35,842 nucleotides of DNA from an uncultured bacterium (GTDB lineage Bacteria; Hydrogenedentota; Hydrogenedentia; Hydrogenedentales; JAEUWI01). Within the stretch, counting starts at the first letter, position 1. Every line of letters starts with the position of its first letter. The stretch lies in NCBI GenBank assembly GCA_963977445.1, contig CAXBPH010000039.1, forward strand, positions 1 to 35,842. Direction: 5' to 3'. Under the pieces are notes generated by a model. The model was not told where the DNA came from. It was given only the letters and a program-made list of their open reading frames with translations, and searched no databases. The translations under genes and the position numbers were made by a program. Of this stretch, positions 25,969-35,674 are shown piece after piece.

Positions 25969-26173
25969 CGCGCTACCTCCGTTGTGCACAGCCGCTCCCG
26001 CCGGGAATAGTATAGCGCGCTGATGGCGAAAGTAAACTCGCGATCGGGTGTCCTGAATGTGGACACAACTATGCGGTGTATTTAACGGATCGCTGGAGTC
26101 GGCGCGGAGTCCATGTTGGCGAGATGATTGGGCCCTCTACGGAATCAACGTGCTCCGCCATCTCGTCGATGGC

Positions 26174-27990
26174 TCATGTGTACCTGTGTTTGGTCAGGAA
26201 ATAGACATGAACTATAGTGGGTATAGGGCACTCACACCACAACGTTTGAATAGCCGCCGTCGGGATATATCTCCAATGACGGGCGCCTGTGGCATGCACA
26301 CGGGATCGGGGGTCTTGGCAGTAGTACGCTGATAGAACTTCGTATATTTTCCGATGGTCGTTAAACAAAGACTGTGGCTGCTCGAAGAACAGCTCCGTGA
26401 AAACGGCATAGAATTCCGCGGGCTTTTTGGCACCGTATGCGGGTATGGTCGTGTGCTTCCCTTTTTCCGCGGAGGCTACATGCGTCTTGAACGCGGGTGC
26501 CATGATTTCCAACCACATCGCTTCCACTTCCGGTGCCATCGGGGTGGGCCAACCGTCGGACGCACCATCGGACTGGTCCAGTTGGTGTGCGAATTCATGG
26601 AGAACCACGTTGCGGCCGGTAAGCCCGGCAATATCCCGACGAATGGCATCCCAAGCTGCCGGCGAAAGCCAAGACCGGGGTGGCCTCGGGCGTTCCGTCG
26701 GTTCGGAACAGACGGATTCCGTCCCGTTGCATCCGTACGACACCCACAATGCCCCGTCCACGGGCCACGCACCATCTTTGAAAATTGTGTCTTCCGGTCC
26801 CAGGGATATTTCCGGCCAGAGCGGGACGGGTACGCCGCAACTCCAAAGGGTGCGCCAACTGCCCAATCTGGCTGCGAAAACGGCATAGTCCCCCACCACC
26901 GCAATTTGATCCACATTCGGGGACACCACGCGACGCGGGTGTATGGGATCCGTTTCTTCGAGCGAATCAGCGGTACCTTCTGCGTGGACTTCTTCTGGGG
27001 GCGATATGCCTTTAGGGGCCTCTTGGATGGGCCAAAGCAGCCCGTTACCAAGAAGAAGAACGATAACCAATACGGCGCGCCCGCCTAGCCGTCGGAATGG
27101 GACCGATTGCTGGGCTCCCTGGAGCACAGGTGGGGTAATACGTATGGTCTGTGCATCGTTGGCGGAAACTTCGGAAAACTCCTCGGTTTCACGTAGACGT
27201 GCTAATGCCAACCCAGTATCCGCCGGACGCTTCGGCGGAATGGCATTCAACATGTATTCCAGCAATGCGGCGAGCGCGTCTGAAGCATCTGGTAAAAACT
27301 CCTGCACGGGCATAGGCCTGCCGGTAACCATCTTGCCCATGATTTCGAGCGGAGAGTCTCCATCGAAGGGTGTCTTGCCCGCGAGCAGCTCCAGGAGTAC
27401 CAGCCCTGCGCTGTACACATCCCCGGCCAGCGTTGGCTTTCCCTAGTCCCAGAATTCCGGCGGGGTGTATTTCGGCGTACCAATAAAACAGGAAGAGTTG
27501 GCAGCGGATAGCGAGGCCAATTCGAACGACATAGCCAGGCCAAAGTCCGATAGGAGCACCCGCCCGTCATAAGCGATAATGATGTTCGAGGGTTTGATAT
27601 CGCTATGAACCATGCCCCGGGAATGGCAAGCGGTCAAGGCTTCCATGGCGCGGGCCTTCATGTCTATTGCGTCCATGGCGTCCACCAAGCACTTCGCGAA
27701 ATAACACGATCAAGAGATTGGTCTTCGAAATACTCCATATCGATGAGATTGCTGCCCGTGATTTCTTCGAAGGCCTGAACCCGCACGATGCCCGGATGCG
27801 TCAGGGCCGCGATGGCCTGAGCTTCACTGGCAAAACGGTCAACAAACTCTGTATCGAGCATCAATGCAGGGTGCAGCACCTTGAGTGCAATCTGGCGTCG
27901 CAGACGTAAGTCTTCGGCCAGATACAGCACGCCCATACCACCGCGCCCCAATTCGCGGATGTTCTGGTATTTCCCAATGCTGGCCAGCAT
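26174..27990 (-). pseudogene. Disrupted Hanks-type Ser/Thr protein kinase running into an MtfA/M90 zinc-peptidase C-terminal fragment
   Basis: LGRGGMGVLY...ALK (27990-27700), then a frameshift or deletion, then HSDIKPSN, DFG and GTPKYTPPE. An in-frame TAG at 27443-27445 precedes DVYSAG and a TM segment. Downstream are NVVLHEFAHQLD...DGWP and YGAKKPAEFYAVFTELFFEQP...YYCQDP (M90-like). Confidence 0.85.
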
Positions 27991-28210
27991 TCCTGTCCGA
28001 TCCGCGTTCAGGTATCACTACTCGATACTACGAAGTCACAATTGCTGACGAGTTACCCCCGTCGGTATTGCGTAGTTGGTACGGCGTAGCGGCACGGCAA
28101 GTGCTTTTCAAATCCGGGATCCATGATATAGGCCAGGAGATCGATCCTGAGCGAGGAAGTCGCGGAGATACAGTGAAGAAGGAATTAGAAAACGGAGCGT
28201 CCCTCAACCG

Positions 28211-28363
28211 ATGAGCGTAGCCGAACTCAAAAAGGCCATCGCTGCTTACATCGTTGCACACAACCAGGATCCGAAACCCTTTGACTGGACCGCAACGGGG
28301 GAGAAGATTATCGAAAAAGTCGGGCGAGCACGCCTCGCTTTGAATAATGACCCTTTGGGCTGA
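28211..28363 (+). mobile_element. IS630-family transposase C-terminal remnant
   Basis: Translates to SVAELKKAIAAYIVAHNQDPKPFDWTATGEKIIEKVGRAR, matching the HN..PKPF.WT C-terminus of IS630 transposases. No catalytic domain upstream. Confidence 0.75.
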
Positions 28364-28455
28364 TTCAAACCAATAGATAAAGCTTAAAGAGGTTGGGCGG
28401 TGGCGTTGGCATACGACACCCTGGCAAGTAAGGACCGAGTCAGGGCAGTTATCTG

Positions 28456-28487
28456 TGATGCAGTAAAAATGATGCAAAAATGATGCA
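28456..28487. repeat. TGATGCA x3 direct repeats, possible integrase arm-type sites
   Basis: Copies at 28456, 28470 and 28481, ~120-150 bp from the tRNA fragment. Confidence 0.5.
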
Positions 28488-28605
28488 CTCGAAAAGCAAA
28501 ACCACATCAAGCCACATTAAACACCATTTATAAAACCCCCATAAAATAAGGCTTTTACTGTTGTAGTCTGGTGCAGTTTGGTGCTGAAAAAGGGCTATTA
28601 TGGGT

Positions 28606-28650
28606 CTCATAATCACTTGGTCGAAGGTTCAAGTCCTTCAGGGCCCACCA
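28606..28650 (+). mobile_element. 3' fragment of a CAT-anticodon tRNA (Ile2/Met-like); probable attR of an integrated element
   Basis: CTCATAA anticodon loop, variable arm, T-arm GAAGG-TTCAAGT-CCTTC and acceptor strand GGGCCC-ACCA. No matching 5' half upstream. Confidence 0.85.
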
Positions 28651-28658
28651 ATATTTAC

Positions 28659-28691
28659 AACGACTTACGCACATCGCGTAGGTCGTTTTTT
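28659..28691 (+). terminator. Hairpin plus T-tract after the tRNA fragment
   Basis: AACGACTTACGC...GCGTAGGTCGTT followed by TTTT. Confidence 0.6.
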
Positions 28692-29074
28692 GTTGCCAAA
28701 ACGTTGCCAGGCACAATAGTGTGGCGAGTGGATCAACGAGACCTCGTAACGCAATGGCACCACTACACAGTGTATTTCTGGCACAGATTGTTCCGCCGCA
28801 GCTATTTCACTTGACACCCGCTGCGCTTTCGGTGGCCACTTTCCTGGCGTTACATTCGTGGAAGACTACCCGAATTTCCATACTCCAATTAGATGCCATT
28901 TCGTGTCGGCATTTCCATGAGTGCGGAGCATTCGCAGGGCATCAGATACCTGCTCCCCCCTCCCCCATAGCGGGTGCTGAAATCGTATAGGGATTTCCTG
29001 TATAAAAGACGGTGAGAACCTCTACTTGGTTATTGATACCAAAAGGGATATGCTATTGAAGAAGGGAGCGTAGT

Positions 29075-29809
29075 ATGAAATCTTTAAGAGTTCTGGTGGT
29101 GGATGATGACAGGGACTTCGCGGAGGCCTTAACCGATGTGTTGGAATCGGAAGGACACGACGTAGACTCATGTTACACCGGGGAAGATGCAATCGAGCGT
29201 TTCAGGCAGAACGAGTATGACGTTTCCTTTATCGATGTAAAACTCCCCAAAAAGAATGGCGTCGAAAGCTTCCTCGAAATAAAAAAGCTGCGTCCGGAAG
29301 CCAAAGTCGTGATGATGACAGGTTTCAGTGTAGAGCAACTGCTGCAACAGGCCGTGGACAATGGTGCTTTTGCCATCATGCACAAACCCCTCGAGATGAC
29401 CAAGGTCCTTGCCTTAATTGAGGGTGTCTTGCCAGCGGGAGTCGTCTTGATTGCCGATGACGATCCCGATTTCAGTCGTTCGCTTAAGGAACACTTAGAG
29501 GATCGGGGCTTTTCTGTACAGCTCGCAAAAAATGGCTCTGAAGCCCTTACGCGGATTGAAGAAGAGTCGATTGACTTACTTATACTCGACCTGCGCATGC
29601 CCGTACTCGACGGCCTGGGGGTCTACATGGAGCTGAAACGACGGGACCGACTACTGCCCACAATTATCGTCACCGGCTATGCGATAGAGGAATCAGAAAC
29701 CCTGGATTCCTTTCGTTCCATGTCCGTCACGGGCATATTGGTCAAGCCCTTTGATCCGGCGGAACTACTACATTCCGTATCGGAACTGATAGGCCGATGT
29801 GACAGCTGA
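29075..29809 (+). CDS. Response regulator with two receiver domains and no output domain
   Basis: VLVVDDD...FIDVKLP...MTG...KP and VLIADDD...LDLRMP...VTG...KPF. GGGAG RBS. Confidence 0.93.
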   Translation: MKSLRVLVVDDDRDFAEALTDVLESEGHDVDSCYTGEDAIERFRQNEYDVSFIDVKLPKKNGVESFLEIKKLRPEAKVVMMTGFSVEQLLQQAVDNGAFAIMHKPLEMTKVLALIEGVLPAGVVLIADDDPDFSRSLKEHLEDRGFSVQLAKNGSEALTRIEEESIDLLILDLRMPVLDGLGVYMELKRRDRLLPTIIVTGYAIEESETLDSFRSMSVTGILVKPFDPAELLHSVSELIGRCDS

Positions 29810-29836
29810 TCCCCACGGGAAAGTGATTCGATACGC

Positions 29837-32668
29837 ATGAATACTATAAGCCCGAGCAATTCAAAAAAGCGCGTTCTCATTGTGGATGATGATCGTGATT
29901 TCTCGGCTGCCATCGGGGAAATTCTGGACTCCGAGGGTTACGAGGTCCAGATGGCACACAATGCGGTGGATGCCGTTGCCCTCGCATCGGACTACGACGC
30001 CCATGTTGCCCTACTCGACATCCGCTTGGGCAGAGATAGTGGCATTGAACTCATCAGTGAATTGCAATGCGTTCGCGAGGGCATTCTCTGCGTCATGATG
30101 ACGGGGCACGCCGCCCTCGAAACGGCAATCCAGGCCCTGCAGCAGGGTGCCTACAACTACCTGCGCAAGCCGGTAGACGGCACCGATCTGCTCGCGACGC
30201 TCGAACGATGCTTTGAGAAAATTCTGCTGACCGAGGATAAGGATGACGCGGAGAGCCAGCTGAGTATTCGTAACCGGGAGCTGGAAGCACTCACGGTTCG
30301 GCTACGAAATATCGTCGAGTCTGTGAAGCGACTTACCGCCACCGGAGACTTGGATCACTTGTTGCCCCTCTTACTCCATGAAGTAATCCATGACATCGGC
30401 GCAGACCGGGGCGGCCTCTTCATGTATCGCAACGGTCTAATGGTCGAAACCCACAGCACGGCAGACGACGGGCACGAGGCGGAGATCGACGCGTATGCAC
30501 TCGCGGAACTATTGGGCCGAAGAAAGCCACTGGTCTTTGGGCAAGACACAGAATTTCAGCCTGATTCCATGCAAGGCAATGGCACGGAATCTATCTTGAT
30601 GCTGCCCCTCTTCGGCGAAGCGGACTCGATTGTGGGCACCATCGTATTGTACCGGGCCCTCGACAAGCCCTTTTCCGCGCAGGATTGCGATTTGAGTTCT
30701 CTGTTGTCTTCCGTATGTTCCGAAATTCTACGAGGTACGGAGGCGGCCGAAGCCGTAGCCGCCGGTGAACAGCGCTATCGGCTGCTGGCCGATAATGTTG
30801 CCGATATCATCTGGACCATCGATATGGATGGTACCCCGACCTATGTCAGCCCCTCGGTGCGGGAAATATGCGAATATACCGTGGAAGAAGCCATGGGCCA
30901 GTCTCTCGAAGCACGCATGGCCGAAGAGTCTGCTGCCGCAGTTCGAAATCTACTGGCGCGTATCAAGAGTTCTCCCACGTCCTTTTCATTGAACCCGCCT
31001 GCGAACTTGGAATTGGAATTGCTGCAGAAATCGCGCCAGGCACTCGCGACCGAAACGGGATTCACGGTCCTCTGGGACGACGCAGGAAAACCAACCGGGC
31101 TTCTTGGCGTCTCCCGCGACATATCGGAACGCAAGCGGGCTGAGGAGGCCCGCTCCCGGTTGGCGGCGGCGGTAGAATGTGCTGCCGAGTCCATCATGAT
31201 TACCGACCCGGAAGGTACAATTCAGTATGTAAACCCGGCGTTTGAACGGTTGACCGGGTATACGCGGTCAGAAGCGATAGGCTTTACGCCGCGAATTCTG
31301 AAGAGTGGCAAACATGACGACGCGTTTTATCATAACCTTTGGTCCACGCTTCGAGACAGCGGCCTCTGGACAGGGCGCTTCATCAACAAGACAAAAAATG
31401 ATCAACTTCGCGAAGAGGAAGCCACGATTTCGGCCATTCGAGATAGTCGTGGTAAGACCATAAATTTCGTCTCCGTCGCCCGTGATGTGACCCACGAAGT
31501 GGAACTGGAGCACCAGCTGCGACAGGCGCAAAAGATGGAGGCCATCGGCACGCTCGCCGGTGGTATCGCCCACGACTTCAACAACATGCTCAGCCCGATT
31601 CTGGGTTACGCAGAGCTGGCTATGTCTGAGGTGGACCCCGACAGTGAACTCTATTTCAGCCTGAGCGAAATCTCCAGTGCCGGCCGTAGGGCCTCGGAGT
31701 TGGTGCAGCAGATTCTGGCTTTTGGAAGGCGCTCCGATCAGGAACAAAAACCCGTACGTGTTTCGATCATCCTCAAGGAGGCGCTTCGGCTACTCCGGGG
31801 TTCGCTCCCGTCCACCATCTACATACATCAGGATATCGCAAACTGTGCACCCGTGTTGGCGGATCCCACACAGATACATCAGGTTGTCATGAATCTGTGC
31901 ACCAACGCCTACCATGCCATGCGCGAAAACGGTGGAACACTCTCCGTAGCGATGCGAAAAGCGGTCGTCGGCAACGAAAATGCGGATCTGTTCATGGATA
32001 TTCCCCAGGGAGACTATATCGAATTACGCGTATCCGATACGGGACATGGCATGGATGGCGAGACGATTGACCGTATATTTGAGCCCTATTTTACGACAAA
32101 GAAAGTCGGTGAAGGCACGGGTCTGGGACTGGCCACAGTACATGGAATCATTCAGGCCCATCGCGGAAAAATCGTAGTGGATTCGGTGCTACAAAAAGGC
32201 ACAACATTTACGATCTACCTCCCGATTGCCCCTCCCGAAGCTATTCAGGAATGTGACACGAAGGCCGAGGGACCTCACTGGCGAGGTACGGAGCGTATTA
32301 TTGTAGTCGACGACGAAGCAGCCATCGTCGCCATGCTCAAACGTGGCCTGGAAAACTTCGGGTATCAGGTCCGGGGATTCGACAATGGAAATGACGCGTT
32401 GGCCGTGATTACGGAAGCCCCCCACGATTGCGATTTACTCATTACCGACCAGACCATGCCACAACTTACGGGACTCGATTTGGCCCGACAGGCGATCGCC
32501 ATTCGGGCCGATTTACCCGTCATCCTCGCCACCGGCTTCAGCGACACGGTAAATGAACAGATTGCGAAGACTGCAGGGATACGTGAATTCCTGCTTAAGC
32601 CCGCCTCACCCAAGGCCATTGCAGAGCATATTCGGCGCATCCTCGATGAGGCGAAGTCTTCCTCCTGA
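29837..32668 (+). CDS. Hybrid sensor histidine kinase (REC-GAF-PAS-PAS-HisKA-HATPase-REC)
   Basis: N- and C-terminal receiver domains. PAS motifs YVSPS and YVNPAF. H-box GTLAGGIAHDFNN, N-box NLCTNA, DTGHG, FEPYFTTK and GTGLGL. Confidence 0.95.
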   Translation: MNTISPSNSKKRVLIVDDDRDFSAAIGEILDSEGYEVQMAHNAVDAVALASDYDAHVALLDIRLGRDSGIELISELQCVREGILCVMMTGHAALETAIQALQQGAYNYLRKPVDGTDLLATLERCFEKILLTEDKDDAESQLSIRNRELEALTVRLRNIVESVKRLTATGDLDHLLPLLLHEVIHDIGADRGGLFMYRNGLMVETHSTADDGHEAEIDAYALAELLGRRKPLVFGQDTEFQPDSMQGNGTESILMLPLFGEADSIVGTIVLYRALDKPFSAQDCDLSSLLSSVCSEILRGTEAAEAVAAGEQRYRLLADNVADIIWTIDMDGTPTYVSPSVREICEYTVEEAMGQSLEARMAEESAAAVRNLLARIKSSPTSFSLNPPANLELELLQKSRQALATETGFTVLWDDAGKPTGLLGVSRDISERKRAEEARSRLAAAVECAAESIMITDPEGTIQYVNPAFERLTGYTRSEAIGFTPRILKSGKHDDAFYHNLWSTLRDSGLWTGRFINKTKNDQLREEEATISAIRDSRGKTINFVSVARDVTHEVELEHQLRQAQKMEAIGTLAGGIAHDFNNMLSPILGYAELAMSEVDPDSELYFSLSEISSAGRRASELVQQILAFGRRSDQEQKPVRVSIILKEALRLLRGSLPSTIYIHQDIANCAPVLADPTQIHQVVMNLCTNAYHAMRENGGTLSVAMRKAVVGNENADLFMDIPQGDYIELRVSDTGHGMDGETIDRIFEPYFTTKKVGEGTGLGLATVHGIIQAHRGKIVVDSVLQKGTTFTIYLPIAPPEAIQECDTKAEGPHWRGTERIIVVDDEAAIVAMLKRGLENFGYQVRGFDNGNDALAVITEAPHDCDLLITDQTMPQLTGLDLARQAIAIRADLPVILATGFSDTVNEQIAKTAGIREFLLKPASPKAIAEHIRRILDEAKSSS

Positions 32669-32680
32669 TCGAACCACAAC

Positions 32681-33487
32681 CTACTGGATAGGGGCAAGTC
32701 GGTGTTTCACGAAGGCGAGGCCGAATGCTGCCGACTGAACGAGCACAATCGCGGGACCACTCGGCACATCGGCCAGGTAGGACGCACCCAATCCGCAGAC
32801 AACACCACCGATATTAATCAGCAGGGTCCACCCCATCATGTGAATAAAGCGTCGTGATAGCAGGCGGGCGCAGGCAGCGGGTATGACCAGAAATGCGGAC
32901 ACCAGTAGTATGCCTACGATCTTCACCGAAATAACCACCAATACCGACACCGAAACAAGCAACAGGTACTCATCCCGAATCACCGGATGGCGATCTACCC
33001 GTGCGAGTGTTTCGTCGAAGGTCGCATAGGCCCATCGACCCCATAGCGGCAGGCTGGCGATACATCCCAGGAGCGCCGCAAATGACAAATAGAGGTCATT
33101 CTTGTTCAAGGCGAGAATGGATCCAAAGAGGTACATGGTCGCATCGCTCGCATTGTGCTCACGAAGAAAAAGAAACAGGACCCCCAGCGCCATAGACAAG
33201 GAAAAAAACACCCCGATAGCCGTATCCGCCTCGAGATCGGTATGGGACCGCACCCACGCGATACACAGGGCCACGATCACGGTAAACGGAATAGCAATCA
33301 AGAGGGGATCTTTGCCGAGAAACATACCCAGGGCGACGCCACCAAATGCAGCGTGGGCCAGACCACTCCCCAGGAAAGCCAGACGTCGCTGCACGATAAA
33401 GGGGCCGTAAAAACTGGCCATAATCGCGATGATAAGCCCGCCAAGAAAGGCCCGCTGCATAAGGGGCAGACTGATGAACTCGATCAT
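32681..33487 (-). CDS. znuB: Zn/Mn ABC transporter permease
   Basis: GLAHAAFGGVALG, YLFGSIL and VGILLVSAFLVIPA motifs; hydrophobic protein. Confidence 0.9.
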   Translation of the reverse strand: MIEFISLPLMQRAFLGGLIIAIMASFYGPFIVQRRLAFLGSGLAHAAFGGVALGMFLGKDPLLIAIPFTVIVALCIAWVRSHTDLEADTAIGVFFSLSMALGVLFLFLREHNASDATMYLFGSILALNKNDLYLSFAALLGCIASLPLWGRWAYATFDETLARVDRHPVIRDEYLLLVSVSVLVVISVKIVGILLVSAFLVIPAACARLLSRRFIHMMGWTLLINIGGVVCGLGASYLADVPSGPAIVLVQSAAFGLAFVKHRLAPIQ

Positions 33488-34233
33488 GCCTTGGCCTCCC
33501 GGTGCGTTTCGTGGACGTGACCCCGATGGCCGAATAGTGCAAGGAGCCGCTCTTCCGATGCGACCGATTGGGCCGGACCAAAGGCGACCACGGAACGATC
33601 CAGCAGTAGCACCTGGTCGGCGTGGCAGCGTGCCCCTTCCCAGTCGTGGGTAATCATCATGACGGTTGCCCCACTTTCCTCCTGATAATCGCAGAGGATG
33701 TGATACATGGCCGCTTCACCCCGAATATCCATTCCCGCCGCAGGCTCATCAAGCAGTAAAATCCTCGGAGTGTTTACGAGGCTGCGGGCCAGAAACACAC
33801 GCTGTAGCTCGCCGCCGGAGAGGGATTGAATCGACTGATCGGCCAATCGGGAAACGCCCGTGCGCTCCATCACGTCCATGGCCCGCTTTCGGTGGAGCGC
33901 CGGTATACGCCATGGCCACGCGCCGATAATACCGCTGACAACCAGTTCCAGCACCGTCGCGGGAAATTGACCTGCGAACGTTTTCTTCTGGGGTACATAG
34001 GCCACCACGCCCCGGGCCAACGCTTCGGCATGCTTCCCCAACATAGACACCGCCCCCCTATCGGGAGGAAGCAACCCGAGGAGCACTTTCAACAGGGTAC
34101 TTTTTCCCGCACCGTTGGGGCCGATTATTGCGGTAAAAGACCCTTCGGATATGGAAAAACTCACGCCCTGCAGTGCGGTCACTTCGCCAAACCCGACCGT
34201 AATGTCATGGGCTTCAATTGCAGTGACCGTCAT
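33484..34233 (-). CDS. znuC: Zn/Mn ABC transporter ATPase
   Basis: GPNGAGKST, LSGGELQRV and LLLDEP motifs, His-rich tail, 4-bp overlaps with both neighbours. Confidence 0.9.
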   Translation of the reverse strand: MTVTAIEAHDITVGFGEVTALQGVSFSISEGSFTAIIGPNGAGKSTLLKVLLGLLPPDRGAVSMLGKHAEALARGVVAYVPQKKTFAGQFPATVLELVVSGIIGAWPWRIPALHRKRAMDVMERTGVSRLADQSIQSLSGGELQRVFLARSLVNTPRILLLDEPAAGMDIRGEAAMYHILCDYQEESGATVMMITHDWEGARCHADQVLLLDRSVVAFGPAQSVASEERLLALFGHRGHVHETHREAKA

Positions 34234-35177
34234 GAGAAAGCGTCTCGTAGACGGGTGGCGTTGAATTGGATGAGTTTCGTATAGGTGTTGAGCAACGCAT
34301 CCCCACCGAGGGGGTCCATTGTACAGACCGTTGCGGAAAGCGCTTCGGCCAGTGCATCGGCGGATTTACGGGACAATTGCACTTCCGAAAGAATTACCAC
34401 CCGGTCCGCATCCGCGAGCTGCTTGCGAAGGGCCAAGATGGCCTGTGGGGTCAATTCCTTGCCCGGAATAGGTTCTACATAGGCTGCAACCCGGATACCA
34501 TAACGTTTGAAGAAGTAACTCCACGAGGGATGAAACGCTACGACTTCGGGGGGTGATACTGTCGCCATGGTGGTCGCAAGTTCCTGATCGAGACGCCCCA
34601 GTTCGTCCAGAAATTTTTCACGATTCGCTTCGTAGACCGAGCGCCCGTCGGGGTCGAGCTCGATAAGTATTTCAACAATCTTGGGGACCAATGCGGCGAC
34701 AACCTGGGGATCAGACCAGAAATGGGGATTGATATCTTGGCCGGCGGTCGCGACTCCATGGCCGTCTTCACTGTGACTGTGATCGGTGTCATAAGGAAGT
34801 TGAAGCCCAACCGGGATGTAATCCAGCAGGGAATAGACTAGACCACCACCCATTGCTGCCGCCCACCCGTCGAGCGTGGCGTCTACATGGAAAACGGCCT
34901 TGGCATTGGCCAGAGCGCGGGCGCTGGAGGGGCGCAACGCATAGGTGTGGGGCGATACGCCGGGCGGGAGCAGACTGGCAACGGTCTTTCTATCCTGCAA
35001 AAGGGGCTCCAGGATTAGCTTCAAGGGCGGTAAGGTCACCATGTAATCCGCTTCGGGCACCTTCTGCTGCTGACAGCCGACCGCCATACAACTGCAGAGA
35101 AGCAATAGGGCCGCGAGGGGGCCAGAGTATGCCGTGAAACGTGAGTACACCCAAACCATGGAAATTGTAGACCTCAA
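34230..35177 (-). CDS. znuA: Zn/Mn ABC transporter substrate-binding lipoprotein
   Basis: PPGVSPHTY, His-rich loop, NPHFWSDP and FHPSWSYF motifs, lipobox-like AVGC. Exact start uncertain. Confidence 0.88.
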   Translation of the reverse strand: MRSTISMVWVYSRFTAYSGPLAALLLLCSCMAVGCQQQKVPEADYMVTLPPLKLILEPLLQDRKTVASLLPPGVSPHTYALRPSSARALANAKAVFHVDATLDGWAAAMGGGLVYSLLDYIPVGLQLPYDTDHSHSEDGHGVATAGQDINPHFWSDPQVVAALVPKIVEILIELDPDGRSVYEANREKFLDELGRLDQELATTMATVSPPEVVAFHPSWSYFFKRYGIRVAAYVEPIPGKELTPQAILALRKQLADADRVVILSEVQLSRKSADALAEALSATVCTMDPLGGDALLNTYTKLIQFNATRLRDAFS

Positions 35178-35259
35178 TGCCGGCGAATGAAGCCGGTTCT
35201 GCCTTTATGGCAACGAGAGCGCTTTGCTATAGTGGTGCACGACAGAGGCAACCAGCCCA

Positions 35260-35281
35260 TAATGATAACAAGATCTCATTA
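35260..35281. promoter_or_regulatory. Fur/Zur-box-like palindrome
   Basis: TAATGA-TAACAAGATC-TCATTA, lying between the divergent znuA and fur/zur genes. Confidence 0.6.
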
Positions 35282-35674
35282 ATGAACACAAGGAAAATCC
35301 ACACGGTGCAACGTGACACGGCACAACGGCGGGCCATTCGACGGGTATTCAGCAGAGAAAACCGCCCCCTTACCCCCCAGGAAGTGCTCGCGGGCGCGCA
35401 ATCCACCGTCCCCCAGATGGGACTGGCGACGGTCTACCGCGCCCTGAAGAGCCTCACCGAAGGTGGAACGGTCATGGTGGTTGACGTGCCCGGTGAGCCC
35501 CAACGCTATGAACTCGCTGGAAAAGACCACCATCATCACTTCAGCTGCCGCGGTTGCGGGCGCATGTTTGAGATGGACGGATGCCCAGGCGATCTGGAGC
35601 AGTTGGTCCCCACAGGCTTTGTCATGGAAGACCACGAAGTGTTTATTTATGGACGGTGTCCTGATTGCCGATAG
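35282..35674 (+). CDS. Fur-family metalloregulator (Zur-like by context)
   Basis: GLATVYRAL, HHHHFSCRGCG and C-terminal GRCPDC motifs. Start is ATG 35282 or GTG 35306. Confidence 0.92.
   Translation: MNTRKIHTVQRDTAQRRAIRRVFSRENRPLTPQEVLAGAQSTVPQMGLATVYRALKSLTEGGTVMVVDVPGEPQRYELAGKDHHHHFSCRGCGRMFEMDGCPGDLEQLVPTGFVMEDHEVFIYGRCPDCR

Noticed and set aside
28575..28650. Intact tRNA-Met/Ile gene
   Set aside because: The sequence upstream of the anticodon loop cannot form the acceptor 5' strand or the D-arm; only the 3' 45 bp are tRNA-like.
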